Source: Anaerolineales bacterium
GTDB taxonomy: Bacteria; Chloroflexota; Anaerolineae; Anaerolineales; E44-bin32
Direction of reading: 5' to 3'
Assembly: GCA_048054495.1 (NCBI GenBank)
Contig: JBGMQN010000054.1
Span: 24,291 to 65,863 of the forward strand
Length of the DNA stretch: 41,573 nucleotides
Shown here: positions 1-8,746 of the stretch, piece after piece
How the letters are laid out: each line of letters starts with the position of its first letter
How positions within the stretch are numbered: position 1 is the stretch's first letter
The notes under the pieces: model-generated
Told to the model about the DNA's origin: nothing
What the model saw: only the letters and a program-made list of their open reading frames with translations
Database searches by the model: none
Program-made: the position numbers and the translations under genes

Positions 1-512
1 ATTTCCATGGTCTCCATGCAGGTGCGTTTGCCCGTATGGGAAAGGCTGATAACGATGCCAAGTTCATTCATCCGTTCGACGACCTGAATCCCAAAATCGC
101 TCAAGCCTGCATCGGAGCGCTCCGTGCAACCGTCGCCAACCAAATTGCGCTCGTTATAGGTCAGTTGCATTACGCGCAGCCCCAAGCGGTGGAAAATGTC
201 GATCATATGCAGATCGCCATCAAGCGGGAAGGTGTTTTCAAACTCCATGATGATGCCGATCTTGCCCACTTGGCTTAGCTCCTCGATCTCCGAGGCCTGG
301 CTGATCAACATCGTGTCCTCCGATGTTGCCTCAAGCATGGAATAGAGGAAGGCAATATCGTCCAAGGTGTTCCGAGCGTTTTTCATCCAGCCGATCGGGA
401 GGCAGTAGGCGTCCATCCCGCCTTTCTTGAGCAAAGGAACATACTCAGGAGTCAAGCCGGAACCGGTGTGGCCGTCTATGACCAAGAGATCGTGGTGGAA
501 ACCGGGTTTCAT
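1..512 (-). CDS. Membrane dipeptidase (peptidase M19) family protein, 5' part; runs off the window edge
   Basis: Not in the ORF track; translated by hand from ATG at 512: MKPGFHHDLLVIDGHTG...GKIGIIMEFEN...GLRVMQLTYNERNLVGDGCTERSDAGLSDFGIQVVERMNELGIVISLSH. The QLTYN..N..G.GC...D.GLS.FG...V..MN.LG...SH pattern is typical of M19. GAAGGGAG RBS upstream. Confidence 0.88.
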   Translation of the reverse strand, partial: MKPGFHHDLLVIDGHTGSGLTPEYVPLLKKGGMDAYCLPIGWMKNARNTLDDIAFLYSMLEATSEDTMLISQASEIEELSQVGKIGIIMEFENTFPLDGDLHMIDIFHRLGLRVMQLTYNERNLVGDGCTERSDAGLSDFGIQVVERMNELGIVISLSHTGKRTCMETME

Positions 513-543
513 ATGAAATCGCTCCCTTCGGAGATCTTGAGCA

Positions 544-1455
544 TCATCTCGTCCCACGGGACCTTGGATCGATCCTAAAACGCAACCAGTCCCCCGTCAG
601 GTTGATCCCAAGCGCGAGAAGCATGATCGCGAGTCCGGGAAACAGTGCCAGCCACCATGCGGTGCGCAAATATGCACGACCCTCAGCCATCATGTTCCCC
701 CAACTGGGGATAATTGGGGACACGCTCAACCCAAGGAAGCCGAGGCTCGCCTCCCAAATCACCATCGCCGCCATCTCGAACGTAGCCATCGTTATGACAG
801 TCCCAATAATATTGGGCAGCAGGTGAGTGCGAATGATTCGCCACCGTGACGCTCCGGTGCAGACGGCTGCTTCAATGAACTGGCTCTCCCGCAATGAAAG
901 CACCTCACCGCGAACAAGTCGTGTAAAAAGCGGGAAGTCAGCAATGCCAAAAATGATGATGACGTTCAGAAGACTCGATCCCAACACACTGACAACAAAC
1001 ACAACAAAGAGGATATAAGGTATTGAAAGGATGACATCAACCCCGCGCATGAACATGATGTCAATCCATCCACCCAGATACCCCGCTAACAAGGCGGAAA
1101 CAATTCCCAGGACACTGGCGATGGTGACGCCTCCTATGCCCACGATCAATGAGACCCGCGCTCCATAAATAATCCTGGTGAGGGTATCGCGGCCGACGTA
1201 ATCGGTGCCGAGAGGGTAGTCAGACCGACCGTTTTCAACCCAAGCAGGTGGTAAATAGGCCACGCTAAGATCTTGGTCGAGCGGGTCGTGTGGCGTCAAC
1301 CAAGGAGCGAAAAGTGCAGCGATTATCGCCAGGAGGACGCTCGAAATGCCAACCCTGATAGTCCAATTTGATGCAAGCGTCCGGCGCCATTTCCCCAACA
1401 GACTTTCACGGTTCTCGGGTTGGCCCAATCTCGCCGCCTCGACGGAATCCAGCAT
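544..1455 (-). CDS. dppC: Dipeptide/oligopeptide ABC transporter permease (DppC/OppC type)
   Basis: Motifs LGTDYVGRD, YGARVSL, the EAA loop (FIEAAVCTGAS) and PSWGNMM. Start placed at ATG 1455 (MLDSVEAA), just after the stop of the upstream permease. The longer 544..2013 ORF is a spurious extension. Confidence 0.9.
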   Translation of the reverse strand: MLDSVEAARLGQPENRESLLGKWRRTLASNWTIRVGISSVLLAIIAALFAPWLTPHDPLDQDLSVAYLPPAWVENGRSDYPLGTDYVGRDTLTRIIYGARVSLIVGIGGVTIASVLGIVSALLAGYLGGWIDIMFMRGVDVILSIPYILFVVFVVSVLGSSLLNVIIIFGIADFPLFTRLVRGEVLSLRESQFIEAAVCTGASRWRIIRTHLLPNIIGTVITMATFEMAAMVIWEASLGFLGLSVSPIIPSWGNMMAEGRAYLRTAWWLALFPGLAIMLLALGINLTGDWLRFRIDPRSRGTR

Positions 1456-1457
1456 GG

Positions 1458-2390
1458 CTATCTTCTTGCCTCGAGACCATATGAAACGCGAGGATCTAGT
1501 ACTCCGTAGAGGAAATCGGTGATGAGACTCAGCAGGAGCACAACCCACGAAGTGAAGAGGGTTACTGCTTGGACCAGAATGAAATCGCGTGATTGAATTG
1601 CCTGGAATGTCAACCACCCGACACCGGGCCACGAGAACACAGTTTCGACGATAATCGAGCCGCCCAGCATGTAACCTAAAAAAATACCGATCAGAGTCAC
1701 GATGGGGATGGCGGCGTTTCGCAGCGCATGACGAAAGTTCACGATGCGCGGTCTCAGCCCTTTTGCCCTGGCTACCAGCAAATAGTCTTGGCGCAGTACT
1801 TCGAGCATGGTAGCCCGTGTGATGCGTGTGATCTGTCCCACGCTGGTGAGGCTCATGGTGATCGCCGGCAGCACCAATGAACCTGGCTCCCCGCGGCCGG
1901 CAACGGGAAAGATGCCCAGTCTTACGCTGAACAGGAGGATAAGAATCAGGCCAGCCCAAAAAGGCGGTATTGAAAGTCCCGCTATTCCAATGGCGCTCGA
2001 AAGCCCTCCCCAAATCGATCCCGGATGTGCAGCACCAAGGACCCCGATCGGAACACCGACTATGACGGCCAAAGCCATTCCGGCGAGCGCTAACTCCACC
2101 GTGGCCGGTAGTCGTTCCAACAGCAAGGTGGTAACCGGTAGACGATAACGATACGAGAGCCCGAAGTCGCCCCGGACGGCATCGGCGAGATAATCTGCCA
2201 TTTGTATGAGAAGGGGTCGATCTAGCCCCAGTTGCTGCCGCAGTTTTGCGCGCGCTTCATCTGGTGCCTCTTTGGGCAACATGGCTGCAGCCGGGTCGCC
2301 CGTCAGTCGAAGCATGAAAAAGACGATGAAGATCACGCCTACCGCAGTGACCAGCGCCTGAATCAGGCGGGTCGCGATGTAGCGACTCGT
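1458..2390 (-). CDS. dppB: Dipeptide/oligopeptide ABC transporter permease (DppB/OppB type)
   Basis: Motifs GLDRPL..Q, GDFGLSY, RLPATVELA, ARAKGL...HALRNA, VETVFSWPGVG, LDPR. Homology extends upstream of the called GTG (2336) to (T)SRYIATRLIQAL, where the codon is ACG (2390-2388). Start uncertain. Confidence 0.9.
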   Translation of the reverse strand, partial: TSRYIATRLIQALVTAVGVIFIVFFMLRLTGDPAAAMLPKEAPDEARAKLRQQLGLDRPLLIQMADYLADAVRGDFGLSYRYRLPVTTLLLERLPATVELALAGMALAVIVGVPIGVLGAAHPGSIWGGLSSAIGIAGLSIPPFWAGLILILLFSVRLGIFPVAGRGEPGSLVLPAITMSLTSVGQITRITRATMLEVLRQDYLLVARAKGLRPRIVNFRHALRNAAIPIVTLIGIFLGYMLGGSIIVETVFSWPGVGWLTFQAIQSRDFILVQAVTLFTSWVVLLLSLITDFLYGVLDPRVSYGLEARR

Positions 2391-2536
2391 TAGCTCATCC
2401 CCTCTCTAAAACACACCCCATCCCTGACTGCAGGTCGTGTGCCTGCAAACCAAGAATTAGCTCTCTCCGGGCGAGTTTTCAACATTCATTTCTTATGGAG
2501 AAGCGGGCCTCGCAGAGGTTTGTTAGGACACTACTG

Positions 2537-3313
2537 TTATGCACTTATGCCCCCATTGCTGGAATGCTCTCGTGGGCTTGACAGAGAGTTTTCTTGTTTG
2601 TCGCTGCTTGTCCATACCCTGGTTCCCTCATCTCGATTGCCAGTCTCCCTATCCTGCAACCCCTGCGCCAACAATTCTGCGGTTTTGCGCAGATGAAGCA
2701 CCATTGCTTCTTCTGCGCCGCTTGCGTCTCTGTTGATCAAGGCTTCGATTACTGGTCTATGCACTTCCAGAATGAAGCGGGGCTCCAAAAGGATCTGGTC
2801 CGCCAGGGTCATGACCAGCCGAACTTGCGAGGCGAGCGTGTCCCAGATCTCGAGCAAGCGTCCGTTCCTGGACACGGAGCACAGCTCGCGGTGAAATGCG
2901 AAATCTCTCTGCAGAATGGGTTCCAAATCATCCTCTTCGATGAGGGTCTCGATTTCATCATGTAATTCCTGCAAATGGGCTAACTCATCAGGTGTGGCTT
3001 GTTCTGCGACCAGACGGGCTGCGTGACCCTCGAGCAGGCTCCTCAGCACATAGATTTCATGAATATCCGATGCGGTGAATGAGGCGACGAGAGCTCCCTT
3101 AAAGGGGTGGAGTTCAATCAGCTTCTCCAGAGCGAGTTCTTTGAACGCATTCCTTATGGGGACTCGGCTCGTTCCCAGCTGCTCTGCAATCTCAGTTTCG
3201 ACCAGATGTTCCCCGGTTTCGAACACCCCCTCCAGAATGGCAATCCGAAGGGTGTATAGAACATCTTCACTGATCAATCTGCGTCTGACTTTTTGTAACC
3301 CCTTGCTTGGCAT
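2537..3313 (-). CDS. GntR family (FadR/FCD subfamily) transcriptional regulator
   Basis: N-terminal wHTH (GEHLVETEIAEQLGTSRVPIRNAF) and FCD domain (EIYVLRSLLEG, DFAFHRELC, EVHRPVIEAL...HL). Confidence 0.93.
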   Translation of the reverse strand: MPSKGLQKVRRRLISEDVLYTLRIAILEGVFETGEHLVETEIAEQLGTSRVPIRNAFKELALEKLIELHPFKGALVASFTASDIHEIYVLRSLLEGHAARLVAEQATPDELAHLQELHDEIETLIEEDDLEPILQRDFAFHRELCSVSRNGRLLEIWDTLASQVRLVMTLADQILLEPRFILEVHRPVIEALINRDASGAEEAMVLHLRKTAELLAQGLQDRETGNRDEGTRVWTSSDKQENSLSSPREHSSNGGISA

Positions 3314-3533
3314 GGCGTCGGCCCTTTATGAATAAATAGTGGAAGCAATACGAACAATTTCTATGCAGACCAGGTGGTATGCCGATAGGCAAAAAAACCA
3401 ATGAGCTGTGGTGACATACCCTGTCTTGATCTGACAACGGTGAGATGCTACCGCGCAGCCTTCAAAAACGGGTGGCACAATTGAACTGAAGGGCAAATAC
3501 GGCTACAATATGCAGTATATAGTACTTGGATTC

Positions 3534-3571
3534 TTGTATACAATTATTGAGGATACTTTGTCCTTTGTCAA
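3534..3571 (-). promoter_or_regulatory. Sigma70-type promoter for gntR-dppBC with an adjoining palindromic operator TTGTATACAA
   Basis: Minus strand: TTGACA (3571-3566), 17-nt spacer, AATAAT (3548-3543). Perfect palindrome TTGTATACAA at 3534-3543, a motif type known for FCD-GntR regulators, in the AT-rich divergent intergenic region. Confidence 0.7.
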
Positions 3572-3709
3572 GTCGATTAGATAATTTCTCATGACATGGT
3601 GGACATCGGGGGGTCTCCCTACAATAAACCCCATACATAAAGGCGCTGCCGGTTTCGCCGGGATGCAGCCTGCCTTGCCTCGGGTTTAGGTTTCAACCGG
3701 AAAGGGGGA

Positions 3710-5290
3710 ATGTGCATGATTCATCTGAATGGAGAGTCACTCAAACTCGAAGATGTGGTTGCCGTTGCCCGCGGGGGGGCGAGGGTTGCGCCGCTAGAGG
3801 AAACGGTGCGGGAGCGTATGCGGGCCAGCCAGTTGTGGATCGATGAGTCCATTCACCACAAGGGAGCGGTGATTTACGGCGTCAACACCGGCTTCGGCCG
3901 GCTGGCCACCACTCGCATCGATGATGATCAGGCGCGTAAACTATCGCGCAACCTAATCTTGACCTGCGTGTCCGGTGTGGGTCCGCCATTGTCAGCCGAG
4001 ATGGTGCGGGCGATGATGCTTATTCGGGCCAACACACTGGCGCGGGGCAATTCCGGTGCCAGGCCCGTCATCGCCGAAACCCTGCTTACAATGCTCGACA
4101 GGGAAGTGACCCCCTATGTGCCCGCCAAGGGTTCGGTAGGCGCCAGCGGTGACCTGACACCTATGGCCCACATCGCGGTGGTGATGACCCGCGACCTCGA
4201 GGAAGGTGACGGCGGTTACAGTGGCCAAGCGTGGTATCGCGGCGAGCTGCTCAGTGGCGCGGAGGCCATGGTGCAGGCCGGGATCGATCGCCTTATCCTG
4301 GAGGTCAAAGAGGGCTTGGCCCTCACCAACGGCACCAATATGATGTCCGCTGCTGGAGCACTGGCGGTGCATGACGCCGAGAAGCTGGTGCGTCATGCCG
4401 AGATCGCCGCCGCCCTGAGCCTGGAGGCCCTTCTTGCGCAATCCTCATCCTTTCACCCTGCACTTCACGAAGCCAATTCCCAACCAGGTCAGGTGCATAC
4501 TGCGGCCAACATCATGCGCCTTGTTGACGGCAGCCTGCTGATCGACTCGAGTCCCGAACGTGTCCAAGACGCCTATAGCCTGCGTTGTATACCGCAAGTG
4601 ATCGGCCCCGTTCGAGACATCCTGGCCTTCCTGCGAGAGCGTTTCACCTGCGCCATTAATGCTTCCAGCGATAACCCGTTGATTTTCCTCAACCTGGAGG
4701 GGGAGGGCGCACGCGCCATTTCAGGCGGCAACTTCCATGGCCAGGGCCCGGCAATGTGGCTCGATTTCCTGGGCATTGCGATTACCGCGCTTGGCTCCAT
4801 CGCCGAGCGACGGGTCTTCCGGCTGACCACCCCTGAGTTGAGCGATGGCCTGCCGTCGATGCTGGTGAAATCCAGCGGTTTGGACAGCGGCTTAATGATG
4901 CCCCAATATACCGCCGCCGCTCTGGTCTCCGACAACAAGACGCTGGCTCACCCGGATAGCGTCGACTCCATCCCCTCCAGCGGCAACCAGGAGGACCATG
5001 TCAGCATGGGCGCCAACGCAGCTCGACATACCCTGGAGATCGTTGACAATGTGCGCCACATCATCGCCATCGAATTGCTCAGCGCTACCCAGGGAATTGA
5101 TCTCCGCCCGGATGGCCCCCAACGCCAGGGGCGCGGAACCGCCGCGGCCTACGCCTCCCTCCGCCGCTGTGTGGCGTTCCTGGAGCACGACCGCGAGACT
5201 TCTTCCGATATTGAAGCCCTGGCCAAACTGATCCATAGCGAGGTCTTGCTTGAAGAGGTGAGTCTGGCGCTGGGGGAGGAGTTTATGTGA
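3710..5290 (+). CDS. hutH: MIO-dependent aromatic amino acid ammonia-lyase, histidine ammonia-lyase-like with altered specificity motif
   Basis: Motifs YGVNTGFG, MIO-forming GSVGASGDL, KEGLALTNGT, QDAYSLRC, DNP, GGNFHG and NQEDHVSM. The usual LSH motif reads LTC. Confidence 0.88.
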   Translation: MCMIHLNGESLKLEDVVAVARGGARVAPLEETVRERMRASQLWIDESIHHKGAVIYGVNTGFGRLATTRIDDDQARKLSRNLILTCVSGVGPPLSAEMVRAMMLIRANTLARGNSGARPVIAETLLTMLDREVTPYVPAKGSVGASGDLTPMAHIAVVMTRDLEEGDGGYSGQAWYRGELLSGAEAMVQAGIDRLILEVKEGLALTNGTNMMSAAGALAVHDAEKLVRHAEIAAALSLEALLAQSSSFHPALHEANSQPGQVHTAANIMRLVDGSLLIDSSPERVQDAYSLRCIPQVIGPVRDILAFLRERFTCAINASSDNPLIFLNLEGEGARAISGGNFHGQGPAMWLDFLGIAITALGSIAERRVFRLTTPELSDGLPSMLVKSSGLDSGLMMPQYTAAALVSDNKTLAHPDSVDSIPSSGNQEDHVSMGANAARHTLEIVDNVRHIIAIELLSATQGIDLRPDGPQRQGRGTAAAYASLRRCVAFLEHDRETSSDIEALAKLIHSEVLLEEVSLALGEEFM

Positions 5291-5441
5291 ACCAGCCATT
5301 GGAATTTACCTGCATCTCGTCCTCAATTTCTATGCCAAGATGTCGCACACCGGGTCGAGGCGATCTTCGGCCCGCCTGTGGGATAAGCGCGCCTCGCTCA
5401 GAGTTTTTCCTCTTTGCTTCATGGGCACAGGAGCTGGCCAG

Positions 5442-6284
5442 GTGAAACTGTATCTCGTGGGAGCTGGTGGTCCAATACCCACCAGCAGAGGCTTCGGAAG
5501 CTGTTTTGTCCTTCAGCTTGAGGATGATTTCCTGATGATCGACTGCGGGCCCTCAGCCACCCAGAAGATGGTTAAAATCGGTCTGTCCCCCACACAAATC
5601 GATCAGCTCTTCTTCACGCATCACCACTTTGACCACAACGCAGACTATGCTTGCTTTTTGCTGACGCGTTGGTGTCACCTGGAACGCAGTGAACAGCTGC
5701 TGCAAGTGTGGGGACCGGCATACACTGAGCAGATCACAGATCTCCTGATCGGACCGCAGGGTGCGTTCTCAATTGATTGGAAGGCACGCTTGGCGGAATG
5801 GTCCACCAGGCAGGACGACTATTCCCGGCGAGGCCCGCCGGCGGTTGAGGCCCTCGATATCGGACCAGGCCTGATCTTGGAGACGAATGACTGGCGAGTA
5901 ACGGCCGCGCGAGCCAGGCACCAGGAGCCAGAGCTGGCTTCACTGGCCTATCGCTTCGATAGTGAGAGTGGCAGTGTCGTGTTCGGCGGTGACACACGTC
6001 CATGTCCATCAGTCAGTGAATTGGTTTCCGGCGCCGACGTGCTTGTGATTTCTTGTTGGGATCTACAAGAGCAGGTTAGAAGACGTCCTTACCCTCTCGT
6101 TCTCAGTGGAACTTTGGAAGTCGCCACTCTGGCAAAGGAGGCCGGGGTCAAGAAACTCATCATTGTGCATACCCACCCCAGATTATTAGAGCCGGGTCAC
6201 AGGGAGAGCGCTATCGATGAAATCGGCAGTGTCTTTGATGGAGAGATTGTTATGGGGGAAGAACTGCAGATCATCCAGCTTTAA
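5442..6284 (+). CDS. Metallo-beta-lactamase fold hydrolase (RNase Z/arylsulfatase AtsA-like)
   Basis: Motifs LMIDCG, THHHFDH (HxHxDH), GDT and a C-terminal His (IIVH). GTG at 5442 is preceded by AGGAG with an 8-nt spacer. Confidence 0.85.
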   Translation: MKLYLVGAGGPIPTSRGFGSCFVLQLEDDFLMIDCGPSATQKMVKIGLSPTQIDQLFFTHHHFDHNADYACFLLTRWCHLERSEQLLQVWGPAYTEQITDLLIGPQGAFSIDWKARLAEWSTRQDDYSRRGPPAVEALDIGPGLILETNDWRVTAARARHQEPELASLAYRFDSESGSVVFGGDTRPCPSVSELVSGADVLVISCWDLQEQVRRRPYPLVLSGTLEVATLAKEAGVKKLIIVHTHPRLLEPGHRESAIDEIGSVFDGEIVMGEELQIIQL

Positions 6285-6592
6285 GGGCGACTTTTTCGTA
6301 CCTTAAGAATTGCGAATGCGCGACGAAAACTTGATTTTCGAAAGGGCCATGGAATCGATTTGTGGCGCCATCCAATTGATCCAACGATCTCTTGAGAGGG
6401 GCAGGGAGGCCAAGCTGAACATAAGCAGACCGAACCTTGACGATTCACGCAGCTCTCCAACCCGGTAAGCATAAATCGCGCAGAATTGAAGCTCTCCTTT
6501 GAGGACACGTTTGCTGGAGAGAGAGATCGATCTTCATATGGCGTTGCGCAATGTCGATTGAACGGAAAGGAACCCGATTGGAGCACAGAAAA

Positions 6593-7861
6593 ATGACCTC
6601 AGACCTCACCGCATTTGATCCCGATCTGGCAGAGGCGGCCGCAATGGAGAGTGAGCGATTAGCCTCCAGCATAGATCTCGTCGCCTCATTAAATGTCCCC
6701 AGTCGGGCTGTCTTAGAATCGCAGAACAGCGTATTCACCTATCGCCGCTGTGAGGGATATCCAGGCCACCGCTATCATGGCGGCACCAAATATCTAGATA
6801 TCGTCGAGAACCTGGCCCGTGAGCGCGCGAAGCAGCTCTTTGACGCAGAATATGCCAACGTTCAGCCACACTCAGGCGTTAATGCCAATATGGCGGTCTA
6901 TTTCGCCGTTCTTCAGCCTGGCGACCGTCTTTTGAGCATGAACCTGTCGCAAGGCGGGCATTTAAGCCATGGTCATTCTGCAACCGCCAGTGGAAGGTTT
7001 TACTCGTCCTCCACCTACGGTGTGGATCCCTCAACTGGGCTAATTGACTATGATCAGGTTCGAGAGCTCGCCCAGCAGATCCAGCCGCAGATGATCATCT
7101 GCGGCGCCAGCGCCTATCCGCGAGTTATCGATTTCGCCAAGTTTCAACAGATCGCCGAAGAGGTAGGAGCCTATCTTCTCGCTGATGTATCGCATTACGC
7201 TGGGCTAATCGCCGGAGGGGCTTATCCGTCCCCTGTTCCTCACTGTGATTTCGTAACTTTCACCACGTACAAAACCTTAAGGGGCTGCCCGGGCGGGACC
7301 ATACTAGCCCGGTCCAAATACGGTAAAGCGATCGATTCGGCCGTCTTTCCCGGCACCCAGGGAACGATGCACACCGAGCTGATCGCAGGCAAGGCGATGA
7401 CATTCCGCCTGGCGATGACGGAGTCTTTTAGCAAATATGCCCACCAAACGGTCGCGAATGCGAAGACGCTGTCGTCAGCTCTTCAAGACCGCGGGTATCA
7501 AATCGTCACATCGGGCACCGATTGCCACATCGTGCTAGTTGACCTTCGGTCTCGGGACATTACAGGCAAGCAAGCTCAAGAGGCGCTTGAAAAAGCAGGG
7601 ATTGTCACCAATAAAAACCTTGTCCCCTTCGATTCGCGATCACCAAACACGACCAGCGGGCTGAGGCTGGGCACTGCAGGAATGACGACCCGTGGCTTCC
7701 GCCAGGCGGAGATGGAGGAGACAGCCCGTCTCATCGGCGCCATTCTGGATAAACCCGAAGACAGCGCCACCTTACAAAGCGTCCGGGAGAAGGTGGCGGA
7801 TTTTTGCGCGAAATTCCCGTTTGACTGGGAAGGCAAATCGAGCGAGCAGTGTGAGGGATAA
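6593..7861 (+). CDS. glyA: Serine hydroxymethyltransferase-family PLP enzyme with atypical active site (2-methylserine HMT-like)
   Basis: Motifs NVQPHSG, GGHLSHG, SAYPR, PLP-Lys motif TTYKTLRG, NKN and SGLRLGT. Several catalytic motifs deviate from canonical GlyA. Start at ATG 6593 after GGAG (6551 is the alternative). Confidence 0.85.
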   Translation: MTSDLTAFDPDLAEAAAMESERLASSIDLVASLNVPSRAVLESQNSVFTYRRCEGYPGHRYHGGTKYLDIVENLARERAKQLFDAEYANVQPHSGVNANMAVYFAVLQPGDRLLSMNLSQGGHLSHGHSATASGRFYSSSTYGVDPSTGLIDYDQVRELAQQIQPQMIICGASAYPRVIDFAKFQQIAEEVGAYLLADVSHYAGLIAGGAYPSPVPHCDFVTFTTYKTLRGCPGGTILARSKYGKAIDSAVFPGTQGTMHTELIAGKAMTFRLAMTESFSKYAHQTVANAKTLSSALQDRGYQIVTSGTDCHIVLVDLRSRDITGKQAQEALEKAGIVTNKNLVPFDSRSPNTTSGLRLGTAGMTTRGFRQAEMEETARLIGAILDKPEDSATLQSVREKVADFCAKFPFDWEGKSSEQCEG

Positions 7862-7911
7862 CTGTTTGAGAGCCACAAACCTAACTGAGCACCCAATTAA
7901 GGAGGTTATTG

Positions 7912-8544
7912 ATGAACCATATTCAAACGGCCTACGATGCAATTCTGAAAGGAGACACCGATGCCCTGCTGGCCAGCGTAGAGTCTGGCTTGAACGACGG
8001 TCTAGCTCCAGAGGAAATCCTTAATCAGGGATTGATCGCAGCGATGACCGATGTCGGCGATCGCTTTGAACGTGGCGAGTTCTATGTCCCTGAGATGCTG
8101 GTTGCGGCCCGAACGATGCAGAGTGGGCTGAAACTCCTCAAGCCACATCTGATTGAAAGTGGCGTGGAGTCAACTGCCAGGGTGGTCATTGGCACGGTGC
8201 GCGGTGACCTTCACGAAATCGGCAAAAACTTGGTGGCAATGATGCTTGAGGGAGCGGGCTTCGAAGTCACCGATCTTGGCAATGATGTACCACCGGATGA
8301 ATTTGCCAATGCTGCACGCGAGCACGACGCTGATATCATCGGTATGTCGGCCTTGCTGACCACCACGATGCCGCATATGCAGGATGTAATTGAGGCCCTC
8401 GAAGATATCGGCCTACGCGATAAAGTTAAGGTCATCGTCGGTGGTGCACCCATCACCCAGGAATTCGCAGATCAAATCGGAGCCGACGGCTTCGGAGCTG
8501 ATGCTAGCGCTGCAGTCCGACTCGTCAAAGCTTTGCTGAACTAA
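7912..8544 (+). CDS. Corrinoid (cobalamin-binding) protein, MttC/MtbC type
   Basis: B12-binding motif GDLHEIGKNLV (DxHxxG), MSALLTTT and VIVGGAP, plus cap domain (GEFYVPEML). Strong RBS AAGGAGG before ATG 7912. Confidence 0.95.
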   Translation: MNHIQTAYDAILKGDTDALLASVESGLNDGLAPEEILNQGLIAAMTDVGDRFERGEFYVPEMLVAARTMQSGLKLLKPHLIESGVESTARVVIGTVRGDLHEIGKNLVAMMLEGAGFEVTDLGNDVPPDEFANAAREHDADIIGMSALLTTTMPHMQDVIEALEDIGLRDKVKVIVGGAPITQEFADQIGADGFGADASAAVRLVKALLN

Positions 8545-8746
8545 TCGAAGGAAAGGCAGAACGACCGTCCGTTACGCTATCAGTTCTTGTCGTGTACAGA
8601 TTCCTTGTTCACTGACAAGCATTGAAATGGACATCGCCTGACTTCTGCCTTGTCATTGCGTGCCAAGCCCAGGTCCATTATCAACCCTTTACTCCGAGCG
8701 CAAACCGCCGGAGGTTGTGCCACACAATTTTGATTGGAGGTCAGTC

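Noticed and set aside
1456-2013. N-terminal 186 aa of the 489-aa ORF 544..2013
   Set aside because: It overlaps dppB in another frame and looks non-protein-like; it is an open-frame artefact.
544-2390. Dpp permeases lacking a binding protein and ATPases as evidence of decay
   Set aside because: The operon continues past the left edge, so the missing parts may lie outside the window.
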